A stretch of DNA of 41,646 nucleotides. Source: Deltaproteobacteria bacterium. Lineage in GTDB: Bacteria; JAEEML01. The notes beneath the pieces were generated by a model. That model was not told where the DNA came from and ran no database searches. It worked only from the letters and a program-made list of their open reading frames with translations. Position 1 is the stretch's first letter; the number at the start of each line of letters is the position of its first letter. The translations under genes were made by a program, and so were the position numbers. This document shows positions 7,594 to 17,057 of the stretch, one piece after another. Location of the stretch: contig JAEEML010000018.1 of NCBI GenBank assembly GCA_016283195.1, forward strand, positions 1 through 41,646, written 5' to 3'.

Positions 7594-10341
7594 TCACGAG
7601 CAACCGCTGGTGGTGCCGCAGTTAGGGCAGAGGTAGCAGCTACCGCTTCTTACGGTAATAGAGCCGCAATTTATGCAAGCCGGCGCATCTATCGCCGTTT
7701 CGTAAGTTTTTTCGCGCTTTAAGCCAGAGAAATTGGCCTCTTTGGGCGGCGTAAGAGCCGGTTTAATGGCCGCTTCGCCAGCGGCGATGGGCTGCAAAGT
7801 GCGGCTCTCCTCAGCCCCGGGCAATAAGAATTTTTGCTCCAGCCAGCGGAAGATATAATCGGTGATAGATTTGGCAATGGGCAATTTGGGATTGCCGGTA
7901 AAGCCCGAAGGCTCAAAACGGGAGTGGGAGAATTTATCAACCAGTACTTTAAGCGGCACGCCGTATTGCAAAGCCAGAGAAACAGAGGTGGCAAAGTTAT
8001 CCATCAGGCCGCTTATAGTGCTGCCCTCTTTGGATATAACTATAAAAAGCTCTCCCGGCTGGCCGTCTTCATACATGCCCACTGTGAGATAGCCCTCGTG
8101 GCCGCCTATGGAGAATTTATGGGTAATGGCCCGGCGCTCCGGCGGCAAGCGATGGCGGAAACCGTTTGGCGGTGTTTCGGCAGCCAAAAGTTCGGCCGGT
8201 TTTTCGGCCTGAGTTTGGGTGGAAGTGGCCTTTTGCTCCTCTTCTTTAACATTTTTGGTATTTAAAGGCTGCGTCCTTTTGGAGCCGTCGCGATAGAGAG
8301 CCACAGCTTTTAGGCCCAGTTTCCAGGCGGCCATATAAGTATCGGCAATATCTTTAACCGTAGCGCTGCTGGGCAAATTCACCGTTTTGGAAATAGCACC
8401 GGAAATAAAGGGCTGCACGGCGGCCATCATTTTTAAGTGGCCGAGCGGTGCAATAGAGCGCTGCCCTTTGGCCGGCTTTAAAGCACAATCAAAAACAGCC
8501 AAATCCTCATCTTTTAGGCCGGGTGCACCTTCAATGGTGTCACTCGCGCGCACATAAGCCAAAATTTCCTCTATAGTCTCCCGCTTATAACCAAGGTGGA
8601 GCAGTGCCGGTTCAATAGAGCTGTTACTCATTTTAAAGACACCGCCGCCTACCAGCTGTTTATATTTTACCAAGGCGATATCCGGCTCAATGCCGGTGGT
8701 GTCGCAATCCATCAAAAAGCCGATAGTGCCAGTAGGGGCCAGCAATGTCGTTTGGGCATTACGCACTCCATGACTTGCCGCCTCTTCCAATACTTTTTGC
8801 CAAACAGCATGACAAACTGGCAAAATTTCTTTGTTTTCCGCGGTTTCCTCAATTTGTTTTTGCCTTATGGCGTGCTTGGTGAGCACTTCCAGCATACTTA
8901 GGCGGTTTTCGTCATAAGCGGCAAAGGGCCCTTTTAAAGCGCTAAGACGCGCGCTCGTAAGATAGGCGGTGCCGGTAATAAGGGCGGTAACAGCGGCTGC
9001 CAGCTGCCTTGCTCTATCGGAGTCGTAAGGGAGGCCGAGAGTCATGAGATAGGCGCCCAAATTGGCATAGCCCAGGCCGAGCGGCCTAAATTTAATAGAA
9101 TTTTTGGTAATGCGCTCCGTGGGGTATGAGGCTTTATCCACCAAAATTTCCTGGGCAGTCAGGGTTATTTCCACGGCGTGCATCAGCCCTTTTATATCTA
9201 TCTGCCCCGCTTCATCGGTAAAACGCAGTAAATTCAAAGAGGCCAAATTACAGGCCGCATCATCCAGAAACATAAATTCACTGCAAGGATTACTGGCATT
9301 TATGCGCCCGCTGGCTTTACAAGTGTGCCACTCGTTGATGGCTGTATCAAATTGCAAACCGGGATCGCCGCAAATATAGGCAGCCTGCGCTATTTGCTCA
9401 AAAATACGGCGAGCCGAGACTTTCCGGGCAACCTTGCCGTCGGTAATGCGAATTAAAGGCCACTCGGCATCTTTTTCCACCGCTTGCATAAATTCATCGG
9501 TTACCCGCACCGAGTGATTGGCGTTTTGAAAGAAAACCGAGCGGTAAGCTTCACCGTTAAAAGAGCCGTCATAGCCCTCCTCAATCAGAGCCCAGGCCTT
9601 TTGCTCCTCGTGGGCTTTGGCATCGATAAACTCCTCAATATCGGGGTGGTCCACATTTAAAATCACCATTTTGGCCGCCCGCCTGGTTTTACCGCCGCTT
9701 TTAATAACACCGGCAAAGCTGTCAAAGCCGCGCATAAAAGAGACCGGCCCGGAAGCCGTACCGCCGCCGGAGAGAGTTTCGCAGGATGCGCGGATGGTGC
9801 TCATGTTGGTGCCGGTGCCGGAACCGTATTTAAAGAGTTTACCCTCGGTGACAGCCAGGTTTAAAATGCTATCAAGATTATCTTCCACCGAATTGATAAA
9901 ACAAGCGGAAATTTGCGGCTTTTCTTCCAAACCCAAATTAAACCAAACCGGGCTGTTAAAGGCCATGTACTGGTTTAAAAGGAGGTAGGCGAGCTCATCG
10001 TGAAAAGCGCTTTTCTCTTCCTCGTTTTGCAAATACCCCTGAGAAAGGCCCCAGGCGGCAATGGTATCCACAATACGGCTAACGAGTGTTTTTAAGCTGT
10101 CCTCGCGCTCCGCTGTACCCGGCTCACCGCGAAAATATTTGGAGGCGGCAATATTGGTGGCCATTTGCGACCAAAAAGAGGGCATTAAAATGTTATCCTG
10201 TTTAAAAACCGGCTTACCGTTATCGCCCATTATAACGGCGCTTCTCTCTTCCCATGTCACTTCGTCAAAGGGGTCCTGGCCGCTTTTGGTATAATAGCGC
10301 TCTACCCACCCCCGGTGTATGTTGTCTATCTCTGTACTCAT
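7594..10341 (-). CDS. nrdJ: Vitamin B12-dependent (class II) ribonucleotide reductase with C-terminal TSCPD-type domain and Zn ribbon
   Basis: FNSPVWFN, SACFI, GGKTRRAAKM, NPCSEF (thiyl Cys), APTGTI; C-terminus CINCG..CYLCPNCG..SGCS. Start placed at ATG 10341 (AAGGA RBS) rather than GTG 10383. Confidence 0.95.
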   Translation of the reverse strand: MSTEIDNIHRGWVERYYTKSGQDPFDEVTWEERSAVIMGDNGKPVFKQDNILMPSFWSQMATNIAASKYFRGEPGTAEREDSLKTLVSRIVDTIAAWGLSQGYLQNEEEKSAFHDELAYLLLNQYMAFNSPVWFNLGLEEKPQISACFINSVEDNLDSILNLAVTEGKLFKYGSGTGTNMSTIRASCETLSGGGTASGPVSFMRGFDSFAGVIKSGGKTRRAAKMVILNVDHPDIEEFIDAKAHEEQKAWALIEEGYDGSFNGEAYRSVFFQNANHSVRVTDEFMQAVEKDAEWPLIRITDGKVARKVSARRIFEQIAQAAYICGDPGLQFDTAINEWHTCKASGRINASNPCSEFMFLDDAACNLASLNLLRFTDEAGQIDIKGLMHAVEITLTAQEILVDKASYPTERITKNSIKFRPLGLGYANLGAYLMTLGLPYDSDRARQLAAAVTALITGTAYLTSARLSALKGPFAAYDENRLSMLEVLTKHAIRQKQIEETAENKEILPVCHAVWQKVLEEAASHGVRNAQTTLLAPTGTIGFLMDCDTTGIEPDIALVKYKQLVGGGVFKMSNSSIEPALLHLGYKRETIEEILAYVRASDTIEGAPGLKDEDLAVFDCALKPAKGQRSIAPLGHLKMMAAVQPFISGAISKTVNLPSSATVKDIADTYMAAWKLGLKAVALYRDGSKRTQPLNTKNVKEEEQKATSTQTQAEKPAELLAAETPPNGFRHRLPPERRAITHKFSIGGHEGYLTVGMYEDGQPGELFIVISKEGSTISGLMDNFATSVSLALQYGVPLKVLVDKFSHSRFEPSGFTGNPKLPIAKSITDYIFRWLEQKFLLPGAEESRTLQPIAAGEAAIKPALTPPKEANFSGLKREKTYETAIDAPACINCGSITVRSGSCYLCPNCGTTSGCS

Positions 10342-10516
10342 GATATTCCTTAATATAGTAAAGGCAGGGTAATTTGTCTCCACCTGCTGAATGCGCCCTT
10401 ATTCTTGACAAAAAAAACAGCCTGGCAAGAGCGAAAATATTGAATAAATTCGCATTGATGAACTCTTCGCTCAGAAAGCCGTCAATTTTAAAGGTAATTT
10501 TTTTAACTCTGCTTTA

Positions 10517-11323
10517 TTATTGTGCTTTTTGCTGTGTAGGTAGATGTGCGTAAGGAGCTAACATTTGTTCAAAAATAGCAGCACTTTTAATCCGCCGCTG
10601 AAAATGGCTGCTTAAAAGTTCCCGCGTAATATTGAGAGCGCCAAAGCCAAGAACCTCTTTAGGTGGGCGTGCGCCTTTAAATAAAAGCGCCAAAGCCAGG
10701 CGTTCCTCTTCCGGGCAAAATAGAGCCGGATCTACCGGCAAGAAATATTTACAGCAAGAGCCGATAATACCATCGCCAAAAGGCCAGATGGGCCCTGCCG
10801 GCAGCGGCTTTTGACAGTGATTGCAAGTGGCAAAATCGGGGCAAATACCGTGGATTTGCAAGAGGCGCAGTTGAAAACGGGCGGCAAATTCCAAAATATT
10901 CGGCGCGCTGCTTAAGTGATTCATCGCCAGCATAGCAAGAGAAAAGAGGCGCTCATCGGCTATGGCCGCGGGCGAAAAGCTATTTAGAAGGTCCAATAAA
11001 TAGGCCCCGCAGAGCTTTACCGGCAAGCGTTTTTCCTCGGCACTCATCCAAGGGAAGTGGTTTATTTGGGTGGCTTCTTTTAAACGCCAGAGATCGCTAC
11101 CGGAACTCGGCGGCGCGAGAATAGCCAGGGCCTCGGCTCCGGCGCTAAGGCCGGCAGGAAAGCGCTTGCGACTGTTTTTGCCGTTTTTGGCAAAAGCGCT
11201 TATGCGCCCGTTTTCGGCACTTATTAGCGAGAAAATGAGATCGTTATCGCCATAGGGCATAGTGCGCAAAACAAGCACATGGTACTGGAGGCTTTTATGA
11301 CTTAAGAGCGCGGCGTAATTCAT
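10517..11323 (-). CDS. recO: DNA repair protein RecO
   Basis: VLRTMPYGDNDLI...GRISAFAKNGKNSRKRF N-terminal OB fold; F.LRLL..G..P...CxxC Zn module. Confidence 0.85.
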   Translation of the reverse strand: MNYAALLSHKSLQYHVLVLRTMPYGDNDLIFSLISAENGRISAFAKNGKNSRKRFPAGLSAGAEALAILAPPSSGSDLWRLKEATQINHFPWMSAEEKRLPVKLCGAYLLDLLNSFSPAAIADERLFSLAMLAMNHLSSAPNILEFAARFQLRLLQIHGICPDFATCNHCQKPLPAGPIWPFGDGIIGSCCKYFLPVDPALFCPEEERLALALLFKGARPPKEVLGFGALNITRELLSSHFQRRIKSAAIFEQMLAPYAHLPTQQKAQ

Positions 11324-11327
11324 TTAT

Positions 11328-12062
11328 TTAAATAGCTGTTATATCTGCACTTTTGCCGGTAAGAAGAGCTCTCGGGTTATCTTCCAGCAGCTTTTTAACC
11401 GCTTTTTCTCCCAGCTCTTTTTTCAGCGCGGCGATGGTGGCGCCAAATTCCGCGCACATAGTCACATCATGGCTATCGGAAGCGGCCAAATGGGCCAAAT
11501 GATTATCTATGAGCTCACGCACGCGGGTTTGCGCCTTTTTGCCGTAATAGCCGCCAAGGCTGCTGGCCTCTATTTGCAAAAAAAAGCCCCCGGCCGAAAC
11601 GCGCTCGGAAAGCCATTCCAAAGAATAGCCCGGGCTGCGCTCCGGATGCGCGAGCACCAAAGTATAGCCAAGGCTTTGCAATTCAAAAATCATGGCCGAA
11701 AGGCGCTCTTTGGCCACTTCTGTCCAGGGTAATTCAATTAGAAGCGCCTCTTCGCCGGGCACGCCAAAGGGCACAATATAGGAAGCGACATCTTGCAATA
11801 TAAGCGGATCCAAATTGTGCTCGGCCGACATATGCAATTTGAGCGGCAGGCCCTCTCTTTTTATGGCGGCGCTTAGTAGCTCATAGCGATTTGCGATAAC
11901 TTCGCGCTTTAGCGGCACCAGCGAAAGGCCTGGCAGGTGCGGAGTGGCAATAACTTCGTCAATACCGGATGCCAATAGAGCTTTAGCCATGGCCAGGCTG
12001 GTTTCCAGGCTATCGGAACCGTCATCTATTTGCGGGAGAATGTGGCAGTGAATATCAATCAT
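11328..12062 (-). CDS. CpsB/CapC-family PHP protein-tyrosine phosphatase
   Basis: MIDIHCHILPQIDDGS, ATPH, LIELP, AHPER, ASDSH, NP. Confidence 0.9.
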   Translation of the reverse strand: MIDIHCHILPQIDDGSDSLETSLAMAKALLASGIDEVIATPHLPGLSLVPLKREVIANRYELLSAAIKREGLPLKLHMSAEHNLDPLILQDVASYIVPFGVPGEEALLIELPWTEVAKERLSAMIFELQSLGYTLVLAHPERSPGYSLEWLSERVSAGGFFLQIEASSLGGYYGKKAQTRVRELIDNHLAHLAASDSHDVTMCAEFGATIAALKKELGEKAVKKLLEDNPRALLTGKSADITAI

Positions 12063-12072
12063 TATCTGCCTC

Positions 12073-13041
12073 CTAAAAGCCGCCGCGTTCCGGCAAACTC
12101 ATTTCCGGTTTAATGCGGGCTTCGCCGTTTTCGGTAAGCGGATTTTGTTCATTATATAAATCGAGATCCAAAGTAAAATGGCAGCGCCGCATCTCCTCTT
12201 CCATGGCATCAAGATAACTTTGGGCAGTAAAATGGCGAGAGACTTCCTGGCAAAGAGGGCGAATTTGCTCTTCGTGTTCCCAAGTATAAGGCTCGCCGTT
12301 AAGCCGCACACAGCCCAAATATGTGGCCCAGCTTAAGGGAGCGAGCCCAAACTTTTTTAAATCACGCCAGAGCGCTCTGAGGCGCCCTTCGCGCGCCGGA
12401 TCAAGGTAGAGAAATTCCGGATGATACATAAGAGCATTATGACAAAATTCCGGGCAGTTGGTAATGAGCTTAAAATTATTATAAACACCTATACCCACCA
12501 GCATCTCTTTGGTGCGGTTGCCAACCCCCAGGCCGGGGTATTTTTGGCCGGGGAGAGCCGGCCTTTCCGGGGTAAAACTGAGCAGGGGATTTTGCAAACG
12601 AATCCACTGGATAACGAGGGCTTTAAAATTCTGGCCGCATAAGTCCGGTGCTTCGGCGCCAAAAGTTAAATTCTCCTCGGAAACGATAATATCGCTGAGC
12701 AGCATCACGCGGCTCTCTTTTAAGGCCAGGATTTTAAGCCGTTGCCGCCCGTTGTCACTGGGCAAAATTCTAATTTCTATCCGCTCAAAGCCCAGTTTGG
12801 TAACTTCTTGATAAATACCGTATTTTTTAAAGGTTTTATAAATAGCGCCTTCTTTGTAACGGCCCAAGAATTTGGCTTCCGGTGCCCGGCCCGGCCGCCC
12901 TTCCATCAGGAGATAATCGCCCTCATCAGGCAAAAAGCTGGAACTGGCTAGGTTTTCTTTATAAGTACCGAGGCGCCTGGCAAGATGCAAGCGGCTCCAT
13001 AAACCGGCTTTTTTCTCTCTTGGCATTTCTAAGCCGGGCAT
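12073..13041 (-). CDS. Conserved hypothetical protein (LPGQxxPGLG motif; possibly acyltransferase-like fold)
   Basis: 322-aa ORF with an RBS, tightly packed in the operon. Motifs W..LQNP...F...RP.LPGQKYPGLG and P..HNA.MY. Confidence 0.7.
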   Translation of the reverse strand: MPGLEMPREKKAGLWSRLHLARRLGTYKENLASSSFLPDEGDYLLMEGRPGRAPEAKFLGRYKEGAIYKTFKKYGIYQEVTKLGFERIEIRILPSDNGRQRLKILALKESRVMLLSDIIVSEENLTFGAEAPDLCGQNFKALVIQWIRLQNPLLSFTPERPALPGQKYPGLGVGNRTKEMLVGIGVYNNFKLITNCPEFCHNALMYHPEFLYLDPAREGRLRALWRDLKKFGLAPLSWATYLGCVRLNGEPYTWEHEEQIRPLCQEVSRHFTAQSYLDAMEEEMRRCHFTLDLDLYNEQNPLTENGEARIKPEMSLPERGGF

Positions 13042-13051
13042 AAGAGTTTCC

Positions 13052-13336
13052 TCAGCGGGATATATCGTCCAAGAGTTTTTTCAAATTCTGTGAACGCTTT
13101 AAAATATTTTCTTTAAGTAAGCGATTTTCTTTGGCTAATTTTATATAATCGCTAGCGATGTTTATAGCTGTCAAAAGCGCTGTTCTGGTGGGACCCACAT
13201 TGTGGGTGGCCTCAGACACTTCTTGCAATTTTTTTTGAATATAAGCGGCGACTTCCTGCAAATGGCCGCTTTCTTCGCCGCCGATGCTAAGCTGCTGCCC
13301 CAAAAGCTCAATCTGAATAGTTGCCTCGTTACTCAC
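13052..13336 (-). CDS. zapA: Cell division protein ZapA
   Basis: IQIELLGQQLSI...HLQEVAAYIQKKL...ALLTAINIASDY plus a coiled-coil tail; 94 aa. Confidence 0.85.
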   Translation of the reverse strand: MSNEATIQIELLGQQLSIGGEESGHLQEVAAYIQKKLQEVSEATHNVGPTRTALLTAINIASDYIKLAKENRLLKENILKRSQNLKKLLDDISR

Positions 13337-13622
13337 CGGAGCCCCGCTTTCTTTGCAGACAAAAACCTATTTTAGCCAGTTCCGCCAAAATAATTTCCGC
13401 TTTTTTATCGAGTTTGTTACGACTAAAATTATCAAGTTCGGCATAAGGGAGGAGGAGGCCGTTACAATGGTTGCAATGGATCATATCCTCCAAATCTTCG
13501 GCTTCATCTTTGCCATGTTCATAATTGGGGCAGAGTTTTGGTAAATGAAAACCGGCCGCTTTCTGCTCGCTGATAAAGAGTTCTTGTAAAACGGAGGCCA
13601 GGGCAGTTTTTTCGTCAGCCAT
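13329..13622 (-). CDS. Hypothetical protein with CxxC motif
   Basis: 97-aa ORF filling the pepD-zapA gap and overlapping the zapA start; CPNYEH and HCNHC. Confidence 0.6.
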   Translation of the reverse strand: MADEKTALASVLQELFISEQKAAGFHLPKLCPNYEHGKDEAEDLEDMIHCNHCNGLLLPYAELDNFSRNKLDKKAEIILAELAKIGFCLQRKRGSGE

Positions 13623-13631
13623 GTAAATAAC

Positions 13632-15080
13632 CTATGCTGCAATTTTGGCGATAAGGGCTTTTAAAAAGAGATAGAACTTTTGCACGCTTTCAATACCAAC
13701 CGACTCATCGGGGCTATGCGGGCTCTTTAAATCCGGGCCAAAGGAGATTTTATCGAGCCCCGGTTTTTTGGCTCCCAGAATTCCGCATTCGAGACCGGCA
13801 TGAATGGCGGCGACGGCAAAAGGCTTACCAAAGAGCTCCTCACTGACTTTTAGCGCGGTAGCCAGCACTTTTGAGGAGGCATCCGGCTTCCAGCCGGGAT
13901 AATTCACTTTAGTGGCTACTTTGGCTCCGGCCAAGCGGCCGATAGCGGCGATTTGCTCTAAAACGGTACAGAGCTCTTCATCCACAGCCGAACGCGGGCT
14001 GCACTTTATAATGAGCTCCCGCTCCTCGGTGCGCACCACTGCCAGGTTATTGGAAGTCTGGATGAGACCGGGAACATCAATAGAAGTAGCCAGCGGCCCA
14101 TGGGGGAGAGCTTTTATAAGGTTAAGCACTTTTTGCGAATCGCTGCCGTTTAAGAGAGCTGCCGGCGCGGCGCTTTCGGCAATTATTTTAAGTTCGTGCC
14201 CCTTAGCCAGCTCCGGTTCCACTTGGGCCGTAAAGGCCGCCAAAGCACTATTTAAATCACTTAAAGAGCCATTTACGGCCACAAGCGCTTTGGCCGCCCG
14301 CGGCAGAGCATTATGCTTATCGCCGCCCCCTATAGCGGCGAGGCGCAAATCCATATCCTGCGGCAAACTGGCCAAAGCTCTGGCTAAAAGCACTACGGCA
14401 TTGCCTCTTTGCAAAGCAATATCGAGGCCTGAATGGCCGCCTTTAAGGCCGGTAAGTTCCACACTAAAAAAGCTGCGCCCGCCGGCGCTTTCGCCAAAAT
14501 TAAGCGGCAAGGTAATATCGGCCGAGCCGCCGCCGGCACAACCAACGGTAATATACCCCAGCTCTTCGGAATCCAAATTGAGCATTATGGTGCCTTTTAA
14601 TAAAGAGGCATCAAGACCGTTAGCTCCCGTAAGGCCAGTTTCTTCCTCAACAGTAAAGAGGAGCTCAAGAGGACCGTGCAAAAGAGTTTCATCGGTGGCG
14701 GCGGTCATAGCGGAAGCCACACCGATACCGTCATCAGCGCCCAAAGTAGTGCCTTTGGCTGTCACAACCGGGCCGTCAATTATAGCTTCTATGCCGTCTT
14801 TTAAAAAATCAAAATCTTTGCCGCTCTCTTTTTCGCAAACCATATCCATGTGGCCTTGCAAAATAACCGTGGGCTTATCTTCCAGCCCTTTGGAAGCCGG
14901 CACATAAACAATTACATTGCCGGTTTCATCGGCTCTTGCTTTAAAATTATGCTCCTTAGCCCAGGCTAAAAGATGGCTTCTTATCCCGGCTTCATTGCCT
15001 GAGCCATGGGGTATGGCACATATATCGAGGAAGTAATTCCATAGGGCTTTTGGTTCTAACTCACTAACTTTATTAGTCAT
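13632..15080 (-). CDS. pepD: Aminoacyl-histidine dipeptidase (M20)
   Basis: IPHGSGNE, LQGHMDMVCEK, GTTLGADDGIG, EETGLTGA, NLDSEE, GGHSG, HAGLECG, HSPDE. Start at 15080 or 15095. Confidence 0.93.
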   Translation of the reverse strand: MTNKVSELEPKALWNYFLDICAIPHGSGNEAGIRSHLLAWAKEHNFKARADETGNVIVYVPASKGLEDKPTVILQGHMDMVCEKESGKDFDFLKDGIEAIIDGPVVTAKGTTLGADDGIGVASAMTAATDETLLHGPLELLFTVEEETGLTGANGLDASLLKGTIMLNLDSEELGYITVGCAGGGSADITLPLNFGESAGGRSFFSVELTGLKGGHSGLDIALQRGNAVVLLARALASLPQDMDLRLAAIGGGDKHNALPRAAKALVAVNGSLSDLNSALAAFTAQVEPELAKGHELKIIAESAAPAALLNGSDSQKVLNLIKALPHGPLATSIDVPGLIQTSNNLAVVRTEERELIIKCSPRSAVDEELCTVLEQIAAIGRLAGAKVATKVNYPGWKPDASSKVLATALKVSEELFGKPFAVAAIHAGLECGILGAKKPGLDKISFGPDLKSPHSPDESVGIESVQKFYLFLKALIAKIAA

Positions 15081-15230
15081 TTTCCATAACCTCATCTAAG
15101 TAATTATTTGGCCGGCAATTTTCGCCACTCTTGCCAAATGCCTTTTAGCATAGTAATTATAATAAGTCACTAGGGCGCTTTTCAAAGATGCTCAAGATAA
15201 TTGGCAACATTTGGCGTATTGGGAGCTGTA

Positions 15231-16925
15231 ATGAAAGAAAAAAGTAGCTTTTTTTGGGCTATCATTTCGGCGACTTTTGTTTTAGCTGCCTGCTCGGCAA
15301 GTGGAGATAATATCCCTAATAGTCAGCCCAAAGCCGATAATCCGGCTCCGCAAAACAATAATCATACCGATGCTTTTAGCGATGCCGCCAGCGACTCAGT
15401 TATAGATGAAGAATTTCAGATAGATAATAAATTTTATGACGACACTTTAACCGATTGCCTCTTTTACAGCGCTTTCGGCGCCGTGGGTGACGGCAAAACC
15501 AACGATATGGCGGCCATTGTGGCAACGCACCAAGCGGCTAATCTGGCCCGCCGCTGCGTAAAAGCCGATAAGGGAGCCACTTATTACATTAGCGCCATAA
15601 GCGAAAGCGCGATTATTCAGACTTCCACCGATTGGCGCGGCGCCTCTTTTATTATTGATGATTCGCAAATCACCACCGATAACCGCTCCAATCATATTTT
15701 TGCGGTAATTTCCGCCATGCCGAGCTACTTTCTCATTGCCGGTGGGCAAAAACTGGTGGATTCGCTGCCTATTAATTCTATCGCCCGCCAGCAAAAGAAT
15801 ATCGGTTTTGTTTTGCCGCAAGACGCGGTGATAGCCCTCTTTGATACAACTACCAAGCGCTATATTCGCGAGGGGCAGAACGCCAACAAAGGAGCCTCGC
15901 AAACGGATTTTATCCTGGTGGATAAAGATGGCAATGTAGCCGATACTTCGCCCATTATCTGGGATTATAATATTGTCACCGATTTGCAGGTTTTCCCCGT
16001 GGACAGCGAGCCGCTGTACCTCGTAGGCGGCACTTTTACCACTATCGCCAACCAGGCGGCCTCACTGGTTGATGTTTATTATAATCGCGGCATTAATATT
16101 ATGCGCTCCAATGTAGTAGTTGACGGCTTTACTCACTATATCGAGGGCGAATTAAACCATGGCTGCCCATATAACGGCATTTTGACCATGAATTATGCTG
16201 CTAATATCACCGTAAAGAACAGCATTTTTACCGGCCACAAGCTTTATATGAGCGGCGCTACGCAACTTGGTTCTTACGATATTCAGCCAACAGGCGTTAT
16301 CAATCTTACTTTAGAAAATTTAAAGCAAACCAATGATATTATGGACAAAAACTTTTGGGGAGTTATGGGCTCCAACTATTGCAAAAATATTATTTTGAAA
16401 AATTGCGAACTTAGCCGTTTTGATGCCCACCAGGGCGTGGCCGGCGTCACAATTTTAAACTCCAAACTCGGCCATCAGGGTATGCTGGTCATCGGCGAGG
16501 GCGATTTGATAATGAAAAACACCACCGTTTACGGCTCGCTTTACACCGGCTTTATAACTCTGCGCGATGACTACGGCTCCACCTGGCGCGGCAATCTTTA
16601 TATTGAAAACTGTTCTTGGGAGCCCCCCAAAGGGCTCAGTATAATGCCTGTTATCTTTGCCTCCAATAGCGGCAACCACAACTTTGGTTACGAATGTTAT
16701 CTCCCCGAAACCATTACGATAAATGGCCTTTATATTAATAAGACCTCTACTACTTATCTCTTGCCGGATACCATTCCCGATAACAATACAGCCGCCTATC
16801 CCTACCATATTCCCCGGGAAATCAGCATTAAAGATTTAAAAACCACTAGCACGGCCGGCTGGGAATTATACCAGCCCCAAAGTGGCTACAAATACTCCGG
16901 CATGGAAATACACCAGGAAAATTAA
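15231..16925 (+). CDS. Lipoprotein with pectate-lyase-like right-handed beta-helix
   Basis: Signal peptide with lipobox LAAC from ATG 15231 (GGGAG RBS). FGAVGDGKTND motif and Asn/Ile-rich beta-helix pattern; RFDAHQG. Confidence 0.7.
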   Translation: MKEKSSFFWAIISATFVLAACSASGDNIPNSQPKADNPAPQNNNHTDAFSDAASDSVIDEEFQIDNKFYDDTLTDCLFYSAFGAVGDGKTNDMAAIVATHQAANLARRCVKADKGATYYISAISESAIIQTSTDWRGASFIIDDSQITTDNRSNHIFAVISAMPSYFLIAGGQKLVDSLPINSIARQQKNIGFVLPQDAVIALFDTTTKRYIREGQNANKGASQTDFILVDKDGNVADTSPIIWDYNIVTDLQVFPVDSEPLYLVGGTFTTIANQAASLVDVYYNRGINIMRSNVVVDGFTHYIEGELNHGCPYNGILTMNYAANITVKNSIFTGHKLYMSGATQLGSYDIQPTGVINLTLENLKQTNDIMDKNFWGVMGSNYCKNIILKNCELSRFDAHQGVAGVTILNSKLGHQGMLVIGEGDLIMKNTTVYGSLYTGFITLRDDYGSTWRGNLYIENCSWEPPKGLSIMPVIFASNSGNHNFGYECYLPETITINGLYINKTSTTYLLPDTIPDNNTAAYPYHIPREISIKDLKTTSTAGWELYQPQSGYKYSGMEIHQEN

Positions 16926-17057
16926 CCTTACACAGTACCAGACTACATTTTTCAGTTTTTTTAAAACACATATAATATTTATTGACACATTCTGTAAAAA
17001 TGTGCTTTAAGATCCCCTCGTGTTTTTGTAACACCAAACACTTAAAGGAGTTTTAAA

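Noticed and set aside
7594-7600. Selenocysteine readthrough at the nrdJ TGA after ...GCS
   Set aside because: SGCS is the normal class II RNR C-terminus, and no clear SECIS-like hairpin follows.
10342-10516. Possible cobalamin riboswitch or NrdR boxes upstream of nrdJ
   Set aside because: No B12-box or GGGAA/GCCACTG core. Only a small GCAGG/CCTGC hairpin, and no convincing tandem NrdR palindromes.
13912-14907. 331-aa plus-strand ORF
   Set aside because: Antisense shadow of pepD; Ser/Pro/Ala-rich with no motif or RBS.
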